Of a stretch of DNA of 64,000 nucleotides, positions 13,201-25,500 are shown piece after piece. The translations under genes were made by a program, and so were the position numbers. Source of the stretch: Chrysomallon squamiferum (taxonomy: Eukaryota; Animalia; Mollusca); contig CM022679.1 in assembly GCA_012295275.1 (NCBI GenBank), positions 6,076,001 to 6,140,000 of the forward strand. The letters run 5' to 3'. A model generated the notes under the pieces. It was not told the DNA's origin. It saw only the letters and a list, made by a program, of their open reading frames with translations, and did not search any database. Numbering within the stretch: the first letter of the stretch is position 1; each line of letters begins with the position of its first letter.

Positions 13201-14760
13201 TAATAATAAAATATTCTTCATCAATCAGAATTGGTGATTAAGATATATATACAGGGTGGCTCAGAAGTAACTGGTACAGTATAATTGTAAAAAATATATA
13301 TAAAATGTTTTTTCTACAAAAAAGTATTGATCTTCAGTAAGCTTTCAGTTTTTAGGCTCTGCTGTTATGGTCACAATTGAGAAAACTACAGTTTAAAGAT
13401 CTTTATACAGTAAAAATACTAATTTACATAGTATTTGTGATAGGTATATAAAATAATAATGCGTATTCTCACCACTGACTGCTCAGCAGGTGAAAATATG
13501 TTTCTGAATCTGGAGAGAGTAGATTCATACTCCGATTCAGTTGCCTTGCTCCCTTCATCCATGAGATCACCAAGAAATACAACCACATCTGGCTGGGTGT
13601 AATGGAAAGCCAGAGAAAATGTTTTACTTAGAAACCTACAACAATTATAATGATTATCAGCATCATTTTAAAAAATAATAACAATATTAATAATTAATAA
13701 TTATGCCCAAAATAACTAATTAGTTTTCCTAATATTATTAGTAATAAAATTAAAATTTAATTTTTTATTTATAAATTACATATTATTGTTATTTCAGATG
13801 TTACAAATATCATTATTAATTCTGCTACTGGAATAATTTCATTTCTCTTTTCATTAAAATGAATTAATGAAAAAAAGAAATGAACATGTTTACATATATA
13901 TTTAGTATTTTCAGTAACTATTTTATGCTAAACTTTGTATGAAAGCTATGAAACTACTAACCTGTCTATATCCCACCTACTAAACATTCCAATAGGAAAA
14001 ATGGGTTCATCTTGGTAGCCTTGTATCTGTGGGTCAGAGGCTAGCAATATCACCATCTCTTCTTTTTTATTGCTGGATCATAATTAATAAAACAATTAGT
14101 ATAAACAAAATGTACATGATATACTTCATTACATATTTTAGTTCTGAACTGTATAATGTGTATAATAATACTGTCAAATAAAAAAAACAAAGAGATAAGC
14201 ATTTTGAAAGTTATTCTGAAGCATTGACATCTGTTTTGATCCTAATATGGTTATACTAAAACTTATATTATAATCAGAAGAGAGTGAATGCATTTTGAAA
14301 TTATAACTTTGAAAATTAAGGGAAAATAATTATTCAGAAATTTGTAATTGTTATTAAGAAATTTAGGGAATGAATTTTGTAATTGTTATTTTTGAGGTGA
14401 GGGAATATGTTATTGAAAAGTGACAGAACACTTTTTATAACTTTTCAGAAACAGAGGATCATATTTTGAAACTGTTATTAAGATGTGAGGAAATATATTT
14501 TCAAATAATATCAAGTTTTCTTTGTTAAATGTAAAGTAAAAAATAGTAACCAATGAGGAAAGTTTATGTTCTGCAACTACATTTTTATGAAAAAGAAATA
14601 AAATATTTTACCGGGACGCAGTTGGTAATTCTGGCCATCTCCAACTCTGTATCCAATAAATGAGATATTCATTTGTGAAAACCACAAATATTCCTATAAT
14701 CACCATCCATGACTGTAAAGACATGTGTCTGACTGTGTACAAAGAAAATAATCTGGACAT
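10248..14760 (-). CDS. MPPE1: Metallophosphoesterase 1-like (MPPE1/PGAP5/Cdc1/Ted1 family), ~364 aa; exons 14760..14612, 14072..13962, 13635..13473, 13163..13026, 12473..12333, 11835..11785, 11178..10980, 10390..10248
   Basis: GT-AG introns with consistent phases (1095 nt). Motifs ASDPQIQG, RWDIDRFL, FLGDLMDEG, IPGDNDVGGE, IINH, ILTGHWH, VPSCSYRMG. N- and C-terminal TM segments. The family is secure, but 1:1 orthology to MPPE1 is not (GDND variant). Confidence 0.88.
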
Positions 14761-15539
14761 AATTCCATCAGGCCTGTGTCTTTTTTAGGTTCTGTTGGAG
14801 GATATTAAATAAGATACAAATATAAAAATAATTTGCTTATTTTAGTCTGCTTATATATAAACTTTAATATAAAAAACATAAAACAAATAAACAACATGAT
14901 TATAACATTTTCAAACTGTAAAAACATAAGGACGATTTTATATTTATATTTATTTCGGCCAAATTTAGGTCATAATAATAAGTTTATAATAAAGCAATTT
15001 ATTTTAAATGTTGGTTTGCCAGTTTTAAATTACTTTTTTCTAGTAGAAGGCCATGAGCGATTTATTCACTTATTATATGGAAGAGTTTGATTGGTGATGG
15101 CAAAATTGGTTACCGTTGTGGAAGTGGTAAACCATTTAAAGAAAAACTCTTATTACTTTTAACTGTAACCAGCCATTAACAATCAACATTCCATTTGAAC
15201 AAGTTTTTGAAATTATTTTAACCTAACTTTCATTTTAAAATAATCTTCGTTATTATCAACCTATTTTTAATATATGCATTTAACCGAAAAACAACATTTT
15301 AAATTTTGTACGCTATCATAATTTTCGCCGTAAACATTTTACTGCACTTTTAACATGAACTTAAATTTAAGTTTAATGCAGTTTAATCAAGTATTTTTCA
15401 GTATTAAAAACATGTTCCATTTTCGAAATATTTCTGTAAAAGGTTTGGGAAATTATTTTTACATTAGGGTAACATTTATTTCATAAAATGTGTCAAATAC
15501 ATTTAACTTTATTTCATTTAATGTAACACTAATTAGTAA

Positions 15540-15810
15540 TTTGACGAAAACGGAAAAGTGTATCCCACGTTAACATGTAGAAAAACCGTAACAGAAGCTG
15601 CTCGTTTATGCTCTGATACTCTGAATCCCGCAGACGCACTTTAAAAATTCTAAAATAATATAAACCATATGTTACTAAATATCTTACATCTCTTGGTTCA
15701 TGCTGCCGTGGACACAAACATCGCTCGTGTATCACTCCTGCACGAACGTCAGAGGAAGAGTTGTCGAACTTAATCGTCGCCAAAAACTTTCTGCTCGGTG
15801 TCAATGGTTC
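15540..15810 (-). promoter_or_regulatory. CpG-rich promoter and probable non-coding first exon of the MPPE1-like gene
   Basis: Local CpG enrichment in a CpG-poor background; minus-strand donor GAT|gtaag at 15688/15687; acceptor aacag| at 14791 just upstream of the ATG. Confidence 0.5.
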
Positions 15811-16549
15811 GAGTAGTTTGATTTCGTTTTTCATAATTTAAATAAATCATTTTTGAAATATATAATAACTTATGCTAGTTTTTCTTTGAACTGACCGTGT
15901 TTAAAAATGAGTAGGCAATTTTTCGATAGTCGAGAGGCAAAAAGTAGGAGAATGGTTTTCTGATAGTGATACTAATGACCGTTACTAGTAAGCATCTGAT
16001 AATACAAATAGAGGTAAGGTATGACAGATGTTTATAGACCGGACTTAATGAGCACCATTGAGTAAACATGTTTATTTTATTTTATTTTTTTTAATATTTT
16101 TTTTTTTTTTTTTATCACAACAATTAGATGATCTTAATTAAACATTAACAGTTCAAAGCAGAACTTATATTTATTATATAATTTATGTTATCAATGGAAT
16201 GGAAAAACTTAATTACAATAATACAGTTATTGATTAACTAAATTACAGTTATGCATTATTCCTAGGACCATCAGATGTTATACATAAAACCTGAAATTTT
16301 CAGAGATATACACATTATCTGTAACATGCAAATATGATTTCTTCACATCTTAACAAAAAGATTCTGAAAACAAATTCCCAATGATCGTATGTTTGAAAGT
16401 TTAATATTTCTATTTAATCTGTCATTTTAGTGTAGAATAGAGACATAACAATTATTTCCTGTTCTACGAAAGTCAGTATTTAATGTTTTCATAGTAATTA
16501 GTTCATAAAGTAATCTGAGGTGTGTATGTGCTAACAAGATAAGTTAATA

Positions 16550-16780
16550 TTACTGCCTCCTATTGGGAGCACTGGCAACTGTATGGTCATGTGACATGAT
16601 CATATATGGCAGCTGCTGCTTAGAGTTTAGCGGGTGGGGACGAACGTTCTCAGAAAGCAACGTATTACATTCAGACCCTTGATAGGACAAAACCATAAAT
16701 ATTTGTTAGTTAAGATGGCAGCATTAGTCACGTGGGGCTTTTGTTTTGATTTGGTTTGTTCCGATTGTACAACTACAGAA
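16550..16780. promoter_or_regulatory. GC/CpG-richer island with E-boxes (GTCATGTGAC, GTCACGTGG), YY1-like AAGATGGC and TTCnnnGAA
   Basis: Motifs read directly in the intergenic region upstream of the MPPE1-like gene; function inferred only. Confidence 0.35.
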
Positions 16781-17154
16781 TCTTTATTAAGCTTCGTATT
16801 AATTAAATACATTTTATGAACCTGGGTCTGTTTGTCTTCATTGAAGACGTGATTGTTACAATGTTTTATGCTTTAATATTCCTATTATTAAAGCCGTTGA
16901 ATTTAAAACTCCGTCTTGGTTGTTTATTCCCATTATTAGTAACTTATTTAATATTTAATTTCACTTCATTCTTTATCTTACAAATAACACAAAATCTGAA
17001 GATCAGATTTTATTTATTTGAAATTAAACACGTTTGACGATTTGAAATTTTACAGTTTCTGGATTTGAAAAAACAACAACAAATAAATAAATATGGAAAT
17101 GGAAATGGAAAAAAAAATTAACGTGCTAATCAGAGCAAGCTGTTGTGAAGCACG

Positions 17155-17204
17155 TCTGCGACGGGCACGCTTTCTGACAAGTCAGCGGGCGTGTCCGTCG
17201 CAGA
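17155..17204. other. GC-rich 50-nt hairpin lying between ~80-bp direct repeats (~17012..17092 and ~17340..17414)
   Basis: TCTGCGACGGGCACGC (17155-70) pairs with GCGTGTCCGTCGCAGA (17189-204); inner stem CTGAC/GTCAG. Confidence 0.8.
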
Positions 17205-17649
17205 ATAAATAAATAGTAAAATGTGATGTATTATAGTATCTCGCTTTGTTAGCCAGATGTAACCATTGTTTTTAGTTACCTTCTAATCTATACTTTAAGA
17301 AGAAAAAAAAAGAAAGAAAGAAAATTATTTGAAAATGTCATTTATTTCAAATTTACACGTTTTACGATTTGAAATTTTACTGTTTCATGATTTAAAAACA
17401 ATAAAATAAATAAATAACAAAACCAAAGAACTATTAAAATAGTGAAAATTGTAATACTCTTTGAATTTTCTTCTTTCACAATTAATAAAAAATATTTTAA
17501 AATATTAATTTAGCATTTTTCGGTTATCTTCTACATGTTATATTTATAAAAAGAAGAACAGCTGATAACCATATACTGGTCTTGATAGTTTGTGACGCTG
17601 ACATTAATTGTTACAAGTTTCGTTTTTATCTTTTTCATACGATATAAAA

Positions 17650-17653
<4 letters not shown>

Positions 17654-17699
<46 letters not shown>
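17654..17699. repeat. (TA)n microsatellite
   Basis: Read directly. Confidence 0.95.
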
Positions 17700-17700
<1 letters not shown>

Positions 17701-17789
17701 TTTTATTTATTTATTTATTTATGCTATTACTATTTTTATTATTACCTTTTTTAAAATTAAATTAAAAAAAAAAAAAAAATATATATATA

Positions 17790-19041
17790 TTATTTTTTTG
17801 GTAGAGTTTTTCTTAAAGAACAATAATTAACATTAACATCTTTGTTATGTGTGTTGAGATTATCCTTAACATGAATACTGGCACTATCAGATTTAGCACG
17901 AACATTAGTACTTCTGGACTTAGCATTACTGCTTGTACTTTCAGATTTAGTATGAATGCCAGTAATTCCAGACTTAGCGTGAAAGGTAGTACTTTCGGAC
18001 TTAGCACGAATGCTAGAACTGCCAGATTTTGCATGGCTTTTGCTTTCACTAACTTTATCCATTTTATCAGCAAAAACCATGCTTGCATCATTGTCAAAAC
18101 AAGAAGCACAACGAGTTTTATCATTAGTAGTAACCTTTCCAGCTTTAGTATTAGTATTAAGGCATGTTACTTTAGCATTACTATTAACTATTAATCTAGT
18201 TTTAGCATGAGCATTAGAATTAACTCCATTGTTGTAGTCACAATAAACATCCATATCTCTAGAAGGGCGTGATGACGATGTTTCTGTTTCTGATGGCAAT
18301 TCTATTTGTTCCCTGATATCACCTGATTTTGACAAACTCAATGTAGAGACACGTGTGCAGAATGTCACAGACTTGAATTTTGATGTCCCTTCTTTCTTGC
18401 CATCCTTGAGAATCGGAGGCCCAGGTTCCTTTGCTCTTGGTTCTTGCCCGTGTCCTCGTGTTCTTCCTCCATATTTTTTGAATATTTGGCGATTACAAGT
18501 CCCTTTGTGGGTACACATGGTAACATTTTTAAACAGTGACGCGAACGATCGTTTGTTAGGCGAAGGCGCGCCTTGACTGATTTTTTTCTCAGTTTGTTCA
18601 TCTTCATCACTCGGGCATTCCCCTTCATCTTCGGCAGTTTTCATTACCACTCTTCTATAAAATGAATACTAATACTAATACTAATACTAATACTAATACT
18701 ATAACACATACCGGACCTTTTACTCAGAAAACTTTTGACCAGAAGTGATACGGACCTCAGGACCAAGGATTAATTTATACTTAACATGTAAAATAACAAT
18801 GAAAAGTAAAGATCGAAACTACATATATATAACAAATAAAAATTAATACACTTCTGAATATGGTTTTCTAGAAATTCCAATGTTTTGATTGCCAGATAAA
18901 TGACAAATACAGAACAATAAATACATAAATAATCTCATTAAAATATTTCTTTTTCTTCTTTTTTTTTTTTTTTTTTTTGTTGTAATTAATTGTGCTAATT
19001 CGAAAAGAAAAACATAAATATTACCTTTCACAGCATGGCAT
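17790..19041 (-). CDS. Orphan low-complexity protein, ~293 aa, with PP1-docking RVxF motif (KSVTF) and 9-aa repeats; exons 19041..19025 + 18654..17790
   Basis: 865-nt open exon after acceptor ttttatag|. The upstream mini-exon ATGCCATGCTGTGAAAG|gtaata supplies the matching phase 2, giving MPCCERRVVMKTAE. No recognisable globular domain. Confidence 0.6.
17874..18035 (-). repeat. Six degenerate 27-bp (9-aa) coding tandem repeats
   Basis: HAKSGSSSI/RAKSESTTF/HAKSGITGI/HTKSESTSS/NAKSRSTNV/RAKSDSASI. Confidence 0.8.
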
Positions 19042-19104
19042 GTCTACAGAACAAGAAAACAAATTAAAGGTTTTTTGTCATCGCCTCCTTCATGTTTATT
19101 AAGC

Positions 19105-19116
19105 TATGACGTCATA
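19105..19116. promoter_or_regulatory. Full palindromic cAMP response element (TATGACGTCATA) ~65 bp upstream of the orphan ATG
   Basis: TGACGTCA at 19107..19114, plus a CGTCA half-site about 20 bp away. Confidence 0.55.
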
Positions 19117-21960
19117 ATAGTTTACAGCGTCATAATACAATGTTAACGTCGCAGGTTTTGCATTCTGGGCATGTAAGTACTATGGGTAAATAACAATTAG
19201 AACGTGATCTATTTTATTTTTTTATTTTTTTTATCATCATCACTACACCGAATAATTTTAGAAGGGTTAAGTCCCTCCTATTCTCTTTCCTTTGTGAGTG
19301 TCAGAAATCGTATTGCATGTCTTCAGACAAGAAATGGAGAACGATATATGAAAGCCACTTTTTATTCATATTATATATATTAAGAATCCATTTTCACTTT
19401 TCTTATTTTATAGATGCTGACACTAAATATAAAGATGCAACCTTCCTAACAATATTGTTTATGTATGAGATTCAGTAATGATTTTAAGTTACAATTAACT
19501 GCAGTAAATTATGAGAAGAAAATCATCCAAAAATGAAAACAGCGGTATAAATTTTAAATATTCGTTTGTGACGAGATAAATGATTACCTTTTGATTCGTA
19601 TATAAGCTTGAAAATTCGTTCAAGCTATAAGCAGTTTTTTTTTAAATTTTGGGTGAATACTCGAGATGTACATCCTAGTATAGTTTTGTTATCTTTAATT
19701 TACCCAGAAGATGATATGTTACTGCTATCATAATCTGTCATAAGGAACATCGTCCATACATACCAATAATCAGTGTAACAAATGTATAAAATGTAGTAAA
19801 TAGAAACACAGTATGTTAAGACTAAGATATAATTGGGATTACAATAAGAATGAACATTCAGTATGTTATGAAATCTTCCACGAATAAATATATAAAACAA
19901 AAAACCAAAAACAATTCCTTTACTTAATGACAACATATCATTTAATAATAATGCTTCTTAGTTAATGAAAAGAATGAAAACACCAAAAAAAAAAAAAAAA
20001 AAAAAAAAAATTGAGACAGAAGAAAAACAACAATGAATAAATTGTTTATGTTTTATTATTTCTATACAGTAGTAATACTCTCCGTTGAAGGTCGAGTGTA
20101 ATATGATTAATGCAGGGAATGGTACATGATATGGAATGACCACAATAAACACAACAATATTAACAGTGAACAGTTCTGTGGAAGGTGACAATTTATAATA
20201 ATACTTATAACAAAAACAGTAAAATAAAAAAAATAATAATAAAAAAACAAAACAGATTAAAATTAAATTAATTAATTTGAAAAATAAATAAAAATAAAAA
20301 TGGTATAAAATGTTTTTGTTAATGTTTAATTTGTAAGGAATGTTTTTTTGTTGTTGTTGTTGTTATATTAATTCTTAATCTTTTTATTGTTGCTGCTCAC
20401 TGAATGTTATCACCATTTCAAATGATATGACTGAAATGTTAAGATGATAAATCAGTTTTGATAACCCTGTTCATATGTGAAATATTTCCAGTATATTAAA
20501 TACGTTGCTGCCTTTGTTTTTTCTTTTGATGCTTATATATCATAAAATCATGATTGATCTATTTTACATTTCACATTTCTTGTATGACACTTAAATTTAA
20601 TATAATATTTAATGACTTAAAATTAAAAACAAGTTTTTTTCAGATTTCATTTTGAAAGGATTTGCAAATGTTATTTATAAAGTTTACCATTGATTAGAAT
20701 TTGCTAAAAATAATTTTATGATTAATAAAAGAAGACATCTATATTATAAACTTTACAATGTTGCTATTATGCTGTTGTAACCTACTCCAATATAATAATA
20801 ATAATAATAATAATATTAATAATAGAATGGTCATTTAAAAAACAACAACAAAAAAAAAATCCTATTTGTACAACATCAAATGTATAAAAATATTGCTCAA
20901 CCTTTAAACAGTTTTCCATGGTAATGTGAACCAGTATTATACTGAGTTATATTACTGAGAATGTGCCCAATTCAGATTACTTTAGACAGAAATACCCATT
21001 ATCATTTAGTTGATAAAAAAAAAGTATTTACCTGACTATATAAAACATGAAAAGTGATAAATATATCTTTTACTAGTGTGGACATTTTATGTTTGGCTTT
21101 TAGGAAACCTTGTATTTCTGTCTGAACATTAAACATGATTTTTGACTGACAAGTCTTTTTAATCTGTCGGGGACATTATTAGTTTTTGTAAAAGTATAAT
21201 AACTAACAACTGAAAGTAAAGTCTTGATTTTGAGATATTAATGGACAGAACAGAGAACTGCATAAGCTGATTAGGCATAAATTAATATAACTTGTTTTCT
21301 ATATCATGACTCAGTCAAGGAAAAAGAAAATTATAAAGAAAAAAATGTTTTTATGACTTATATACAAAAATGTATTTTATGTACAATTCAGATCTAATAA
21401 AACTAATCTGTATGTCAACACAATTTTTAAAAAATATAAATATCCAAGTCAGTTTTTAACTGACAAAAAATGCATATAAAATGAACAAATAAACAAGAAC
21501 AATCAGATCTTTGGTTTGACCAAGTAAACAGCATCAGTGACATAATAAATACATTTATTTTCTTCATTTTATTAACCTCTAACTGGAAACTTAGCACCCT
21601 AGTATCTCAAGCACAGACTTGATAATTTACTAAAATATTTTTCTTCACAGCAATCATTTTTAGTTGTGTTTTAGCTATGAAATTCTAATATTAGTACTGG
21701 AGATACAACTAGCATATCTGATGAACTTAGTGTATCTTTCAGAAAATTGTCCGTAATTTCTGTACTGCCAAACTGAATGAACTGGGCTGCAGTTTATGAA
21801 TGTACAAACAAGCTGTGCATTAGTGAATAACAGAACCTAACAATGATGCTGTAATACGTATATAACAATTAGTAGCACTGCCAGCCAATCACAACCTGCG
21901 TAACAGAACACATAAATATAATTATATATATATATTATATTGCATTCAAAAAAACATTTA

Positions 21961-22590
21961 CTAAGTAGGGGGCATAACTCTGTTCATATAAAAATAGCAC
22001 TTTGAGCAGAACTGATAGCCGGGCAGTGATCCTTTCTTCTGACACAAGTTACACATTTCTCCTGAAACAACTGCTGGAGAATCATCACTGTTTGAACTGT
22101 CATCAACATCATCAACTTCTGTGTCAGAATAGGATGTTGGACGAGCAGTCACCAGATCCTCATCATCACTGTAGTAGGCTCTGTCATCAACAGGTATACG
22201 AGGTGATCCTTTCTCCGAAGATGATTCGTATCCCAGCTTGCTGTTCTCTACCATTGCAATTAAAGAAATATTGTCACAAAATGTTACAGATTTGCGAGGC
22301 CTGCTCAGAATGGACTTTCCTTTTTTGCTTTTGAGAACTGATTTCGGTTTCTTGGAGCTTGACTCCGACTTGCTGCGTACACGGTGGCTCATGGTGCTTG
22401 CATTAGAGTCACTTTTTTTCACAAGTTTGCGAGACTCGTGTCCAGTTGAAACATTTTCAAACCGTGATGCCAATGCTCTCACACTGACAACTTCTTCACT
22501 ACCTCCTGTCTTTTCATTGGTTAAATTTTGCTGTGTCCATTCCTTCTGCTTTTCTATTGGCTCAGAACTGCACCGTAAGTCTGGGTGGCT
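21961..22590 (-). CDS. USP54: USP53/54-like terminal exon with SILK-like/RVxF motifs and a C4 zinc finger
   Basis: Phase-0 acceptor ctaattacag|AGC; KSVLK...KSIL...RKSVTFC; CNLC-x11-CSKC; stop at 21961. Confidence 0.85.
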   Translation of the reverse strand, partial: SHPDLRCSSEPIEKQKEWTQQNLTNEKTGGSEEVVSVRALASRFENVSTGHESRKLVKKSDSNASTMSHRVRSKSESSSKKPKSVLKSKKGKSILSRPRKSVTFCDNISLIAMVENSKLGYESSSEKGSPRIPVDDRAYYSDDEDLVTARPTSYSDTEVDDVDDSSNSDDSPAVVSGEMCNLCQKKGSLPGYQFCSKCYFYMNRVMPPT

Positions 22591-25500
22591 CTGTAATTAG
22601 AATTTTTTTTTTTTTTAACAAACTAAAGAAGGTTTAGTAATCATATTTTTACAAATGAAAACATCATATTAAAATTAGTAATGTATTGCTTTTATTTTTA
22701 TATACAAATCTAAAAATCTATAATGAAATATTTTTATAATATCTAAGTAAAATGAAGCATACTGATAAAGCAATTACATATTTAACATTCTAGAGATATT
22801 AACATTCTAGAGATATTAGCATATCTACTGTACACCAAGAAATAAACTTTATAAAGTTTTTAGTTTGAAATTAGTAATACAGTTAATGGCAATGGATGGT
22901 AAAAAAGACGATTGATATAATGTTATGAACTGCCAATGACAACAGAGCTATTTATAAACACAGATATATGTCAGAAGTGCACAAGTTGGGTAGTAAGTTA
23001 GCCATCATGGAAAATGTCTAAACATGAACTTACCGCCAGAAACTTCTACAGCATGTTAGCAAGTTAGTTAAGTTAGTGATAGTGTTAATACAGTTAAAGA
23101 TACAAGTATCATAAAATACAGATTACTAGTTTTCAACACACATCAAAAGCCACACTACATCATTCACTTAAGTTGAACCAGAACCAGTCAAAATATATTT
23201 GAAAAAAATATTTAGATTTTTATACAGCTTAAATACAAATTATTTTAAGTATTTGTTTTAGGATTTTAATTTTTATTTTGCAATCCAAATAATTACAAAC
23301 ACAAAAAAACAAAAAAACAAAATAACCCAACTAATCATGCAAATTATAAATAAACAAATAAAAATAAAATAATTAAAAAATGATAGAATATATAAATAAT
23401 ATGTACTTAAAAAAAAAATATAAAAAAAAACCCCCAAAACAATCTGTAATTAATGTAAAAAAAAAAATAAAAAAAAATATTTAAAACCATGAACAATAAT
23501 GAAGTTACTGAAATATGTAATTTCATGCAAAGTTATATATTTCAAAATTCTTAGAAAAAACAAATGTAATAAATAATAACTAAAAGCATATAACATACAA
23601 CTGTTTAAATCTCAGTTTTGACAGAAGCAATTTGATAATTATTATTTCAGTATTAGTAAAAGAATGCAGTGCTTTTTCAGCAAGAAAATTTGGGTTACTT
23701 CAAGTAAAAAGTGATGTTTTCTTGCAGCAAAAGAATATTACAAAGCACTGAGAATAAAAACACTTTTGTAAAAGCTGAGATCTAAACTGCCCAAAAATAT
23801 AATCAAAAACATTCAAATATAATACACACAACAAAAACCCACAGTTCAGGATGAGAAAGGCTCAAAACTGTGCTACATCTGTTCAGACAGGGGAAGTGAT
23901 GTTAACAAAAGGGAACACCCCCCTATACTTACACTGGAAGTGGCCCTGGTTAGTTCACCAGGCCTGGGTGTAACCTGACCACGACGATCTAAGACAGCAC
24001 ATGAATCTGCAGCATTAAGTAAGGAAAGGGAGATAATTAAATACCAATTTCCTGGATTTAATTTAGTGGACAATTATGGCATGATTTACAAAACACTTAA
24101 TCTTCACAATTAAATAAAAACAGACGGACTTTTATAGAAGGTCAACACCTTTCTGTTAGTAAGGAGCATTACAAAAATGATAAATTAATGATGAAATGAG
24201 ATGTGAAAAATGTGAAAAATAATTGACTGTTGTGATAATAAATATTAGCTAGTAGATCTAATAAGTATATTAATCAAGTCTTAATTATTTACTTGCTCAA
24301 ATAACCTTTAACAGAGTCTAATTAATATAAACCTCTGACTGTCCTAATAAACAGTCTTGGAATATCTGCGTATAGCCACTTAATTATTATATAGATCTTT
24401 TTATGTTTTTTAAAACACATCTTTAATATAAAGAAAGTATAACATTAATATAAATTTATGCCAGCTGGAGGCGGTCATTTTTATTTCTTCCTTATGTACT
24501 TCTGATATTAAATCTTAAATAGAAATTTTTTAAATCCTTATAAAAGTAAGGAATGGAAAATGGCAGTCTCCAAGACAGTTCAAAGAGTAGTTATTGTTGT
24601 ACGTAATTATAATAATTCTTTAAATTTTTCACTCTTATTCATGATACACAAATTCTTGGGACAAGACAAGGTTAAACATGCATAATGAGACAAATCTAAT
24701 TCTATAATGTGCAAGTTGAAATGTTCACTGTTAATTAGTAATGATGTCTGCAACTTAGTAAAAGCACTACAGCTGGTGTAGATAGATTTACTAATTTTAA
24801 TATTTTTCTTTTTAGAAATTTGTTATTTTTTAAATAAGATAATGAAACCTATTCATATCATTAAAGAATAATAAAAATTATTATTTTTAAAAGAATTATT
24901 TAATTTACATTTTTTTTTTTTTAATTTATTGATAATGCCTGTTCTTGTTTAATTATATGTTTTACTATTATTACAAGCTTATATTACAAAGAAACAAATA
25001 AAATGTTAAAGAAAACATTTAAATTTCTTTAAAAATATAATAATTCACATTATTTATCTATTTTGAAAAAAGCATATTAAAAATAATTTGTTTTGTATAG
25101 TAAATATAAAAACAACAAAAAATGTATAGTTAATTTTGATAGTTAACATTTTTTTTTTTCAAAACCTTAGAACAGCTAAGCTATAATCAGTGACTTTTCA
25201 TTGCACAATGGGTTAGTATTATGTACCTGTAATGTTAGCAAAATGAGACTCTACAAGTTTCTGGCAGTCTGGCTGAGACGAACATCTCTCCAGGGGACGG
25301 GGTGTCATGTCATACATATTCAGACAGTTGTTGCTGGCTGAATGTGCCATGCTGGGTGGCCACTGTCCCACTTTCTTAGCAGGGATATGCGGCTTATTGG
25401 AAACAGGCGGAGGTCTGCCACCATCTTTTAAAACAGTATGCGAAAAAGACATTGCACTTCTGTCAGGAATATTCCTTGCTGCTTGTGGAAGATTTCTCAA

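Noticed and set aside
17155-17204. Hairpin as hammerhead ribozyme, SECIS, tRNA or canonical pre-miRNA
   Set aside because: No CUGANGA/GAAA core, no AUGA..GA quartet, no cloverleaf, and the terminal loop is only 2 nt.
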